Source: Eubacteriales bacterium
GTDB taxonomy: Bacteria; Bacillota; Clostridia; Oscillospirales; CAG-272
Direction of reading: 5' to 3'
DNA length: 64,000 bases
NCBI GenBank assembly: GCA_045543955.1
Contig: JAZPYB010000011.1
Location: 373 to 64,372, forward strand
The notes beneath the pieces were generated by a model. The model saw nothing but the letters and a program-made list of their open reading frames with translations. It was not told where the DNA came from and did not search any database. This document shows positions 62,017 to 64,000 of the stretch, piece by piece (position 1 is the first letter of the stretch; the number at the start of each line of letters is the position of its first letter). Both the position numbers and the translations under genes were made by a program.

Positions 62017-62802
62017 CTATATTTTATCGCTTACCATATTTCTTTTAAAAACAATTACAGATAAAATTATACTTCCAATAGCAAATAAAGATATTGTAAC
62101 AAGCCCTATTCCCGCTATGTTATCAAAGGTATATACACTTCCAAAGCTATTTGTTGCTTTTGTAATTATTCTACCTATATAAACCGAAGGATAAAATGGT
62201 AAAAATCTACAAAATGTTTCGAATTTCCCCATTGCTTCCAGAGGCATCCAGCATCCACCTAACATTCCAGCAAGGCTGATAAAAATTGAACAGATTCCAG
62301 GTGCGGTTTTATCATTGAAAAGCACCCCAAGCAAAATCCCAAGAAAAATATACGTAATAAGTATTGGTAATTGACTAATAATTAAGAGTACTATTTCTAA
62401 AAATGATAAAAAGCTTACACCAGTTATTAAAGAAATTATTAAGCCTGCTATAATACAAATTATCGCTTGAAATATACCTATTAAAAAGCCTACCAAAAAA
62501 TATCCCAAAAGATAATGATGAGATTTCATTGGCGAAGTGTATAGTCGTTTTAAGAAAAATGTCTGTGTGTCCTTTGAAACAATAAGTGCCATAGTAAGCA
62601 TTACAAAGGTATATGAAAACATTATTATCGCAGGTAATAAAGAGGATAACTCAAACATAAGGGTGTTGCCACCAGTATATTTATTTATGATTTGAAACAA
62701 TATAAGCATTATAAGCGGAAATATTAAGCAAAAAATATAAATTATAGGGTCTCTTAAAATTTCTTTCAAATTTCTCTTACAAAAATTCAAAGTTTTACTC
62801 AT
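62017..62802 (-). CDS. ABC-2 type transporter permease
   Basis: About 261 aa from MSKTLNF, with 6 TM helices. 8-nt overlap with the ATPase gene. Confidence 0.75.
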   Translation of the reverse strand: MSKTLNFCKRNLKEILRDPIIYIFCLIFPLIMLILFQIINKYTGGNTLMFELSSLLPAIIMFSYTFVMLTMALIVSKDTQTFFLKRLYTSPMKSHHYLLGYFLVGFLIGIFQAIICIIAGLIISLITGVSFLSFLEIVLLIISQLPILITYIFLGILLGVLFNDKTAPGICSIFISLAGMLGGCWMPLEAMGKFETFCRFLPFYPSVYIGRIITKATNSFGSVYTFDNIAGIGLVTISLFAIGSIILSVIVFKRNMVSDKI

Positions 62803-63514
62803 TTTCATCCTCCAGCAGCTTAATAAATGCTTCTTCAAATGAATCTTTATTTGTTACTTGCTTTATTTCTTCAATAGTACCAACCCTCATTATTTTTCCA
62901 TTAGATAATATTGCGACCTTATCACATAAATGCTCTATTTCCTCTAAATAATGGGATGTGAGAATTATAGTTGTCTTCTTTTTTAGCTTTTTTATAATTT
63001 GCCAAAGCTCACGTCTTGAAAAAACATCCAAGCCTAATGTTGGTTCATCAAGAAATAAAATTTTCGGCTGCGAAATCAAGGCTATTCCTATAGATAGTCT
63101 TCTTTTATAGCCACCAGATAGTGTTTTCGCCCTTTGATTTAAAACCTCACCCAAATTTAAATCTTCTACGATTTCATTTGTGATATCTGTAGCATTTTTG
63201 TTATAAATGTGTGCAAAAAATTCCAAGTTTTCCTTTACTGTTAAATTGTTGGCTATTGCTGTTTCTTGTGGAGAAATATCTATTATTTCTTTAATTTTAT
63301 CAATATCTTTATCTAAATTATAGCCATTAATCATTACGCTTCCACTAGTTTTTCGGGTAAGCCCACACAAAATTTTTATTAAAGTCGTTTTCCCAGCACC
63401 ATTGACACCTAAAAGTCCAAACAACTCGCCTTGTTCAATTTGCAAACAAACATTATCAAGTGCTTTTTTTGATTTATAGCTTTTGCAGACATTATCAATA
63501 GTAATAATGTTCAT
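62795..63514 (-). CDS. ABC transporter ATP-binding protein
   Basis: 239 aa. Walker A GVNGAGKTT, signature LSGGYKRRL, Walker B ILFLDEPT. Confidence 0.95.
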   Translation of the reverse strand: MNIITIDNVCKSYKSKKALDNVCLQIEQGELFGLLGVNGAGKTTLIKILCGLTRKTSGSVMINGYNLDKDIDKIKEIIDISPQETAIANNLTVKENLEFFAHIYNKNATDITNEIVEDLNLGEVLNQRAKTLSGGYKRRLSIGIALISQPKILFLDEPTLGLDVFSRRELWQIIKKLKKKTTIILTSHYLEEIEHLCDKVAILSNGKIMRVGTIEEIKQVTNKDSFEEAFIKLLEDENE

Positions 63515-63547
63515 AGTACAACCTCCTTATTGCTTTAGCATCTTATT

Positions 63548-63754
63548 TCAGAAATAAAATATGTCTTCAAATTTCACATCAAGTGCAATAGAGATTAATA
63601 GTGCCAATTTTGCTGATGGGTTAAATATTCCCTTCTCAATTGAAAGTATTGTTTGACGGGTTGTTCCAACCATCTTTGCAAGCTCGTCTTGAGATAGCTT
63701 TTTCTCTTTTCTTAGCTTTTGCAAATTATTTTTTAAAATAAGCTCGTTGTCCAT
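63548..63754 (-). CDS. Small XRE-family helix-turn-helix transcriptional regulator
   Basis: 68 aa. HTH motif LSQDELAKMVGTTRQTILSIEKG. Confidence 0.85.
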   Translation of the reverse strand: MDNELILKNNLQKLRKEKKLSQDELAKMVGTTRQTILSIEKGIFNPSAKLALLISIALDVKFEDIFYF

Positions 63755-64000
63755 TATAAAACACCTACGCTAAACAAAATATAAAGTGTTATCATAGTAA
63801 TTGCACCTATTGCCTCTAATGTAGCACCTATAAGCACCTGCCACGGTCTTTTAGCAACGAAATATTGACAGAAATAAAACACGCTTGCCCAAGTAAAGCA
63901 AACAGCAGCCAAAGCATACACAGCTGTCCTATGACCATTAAATCCCTCGCCAAACATAAAAATTACTGCAAGGATTCCTGTAGCAATAACAGCTATCCAG
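63754..64000 (-). CDS. Small membrane protein, 5' end outside the window (partial)
   Basis: The reading frame stays open to the window edge (…WIAVIATGILAVIFMFGEG…). Hydrophobic helices. 1-nt overlap with the XRE gene start. Confidence 0.55.
   Translation of the reverse strand, partial: WIAVIATGILAVIFMFGEGFNGHRTAVYALAAVCFTWASVFYFCQYFVAKRPWQVLIGATLEAIGAITMITLYILFSVGVL

Overview
This window looks like core chromosome from a low-GC, endospore-forming Firmicute, probably Clostridia-like. I call about 58 protein-coding genes and one long Bacillus-type SRP RNA. I found no tRNA, rRNA, CRISPR array, transposase, integrase or prophage signature.

Several gene orders match classic Bacillus/Clostridium synteny:
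- SRP RNA-dnaX-ybaB-recR
- lon-engB (ysxC)
- scpA-scpB-ytfI-ytfJ-dac-rluB
- dpaA-dpaB (spoVF)
- groES-groEL behind a CIRCE operator

Housekeeping genes include secA, serC-serA, polA, ispE, guaB, eno, folD, lgt, rqcH, cls, trmL, trmB and rlmB. Many intergenic regions carry near-consensus sigma-A promoters and clear intrinsic terminators.

Nothing here is an obvious defence or mobile system. The observations most worth follow-up are:
1. An intact ORF that aligns by eye to P1B-type P-type ATPases but has lost the DKTGT, TGDN and GDGxNDxP motifs. It is translationally coupled to rlmB and to a TIGR03960/TIGR03936-like radical-SAM pair of unknown function.
2. Two uncharacterised polytopic membrane proteins translationally coupled to secA.
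3. A promoter, structured leader and terminator upstream of a Ca2+/Mn2+-type P-type ATPase.
4. A DEDDh exonuclease with a BRCT-like domain, coupled to recR.
5. A DUF4364 / SigH-like sigma factor / zinc-ribbon module.

All family assignments come from reading motifs by eye. No searches were run.
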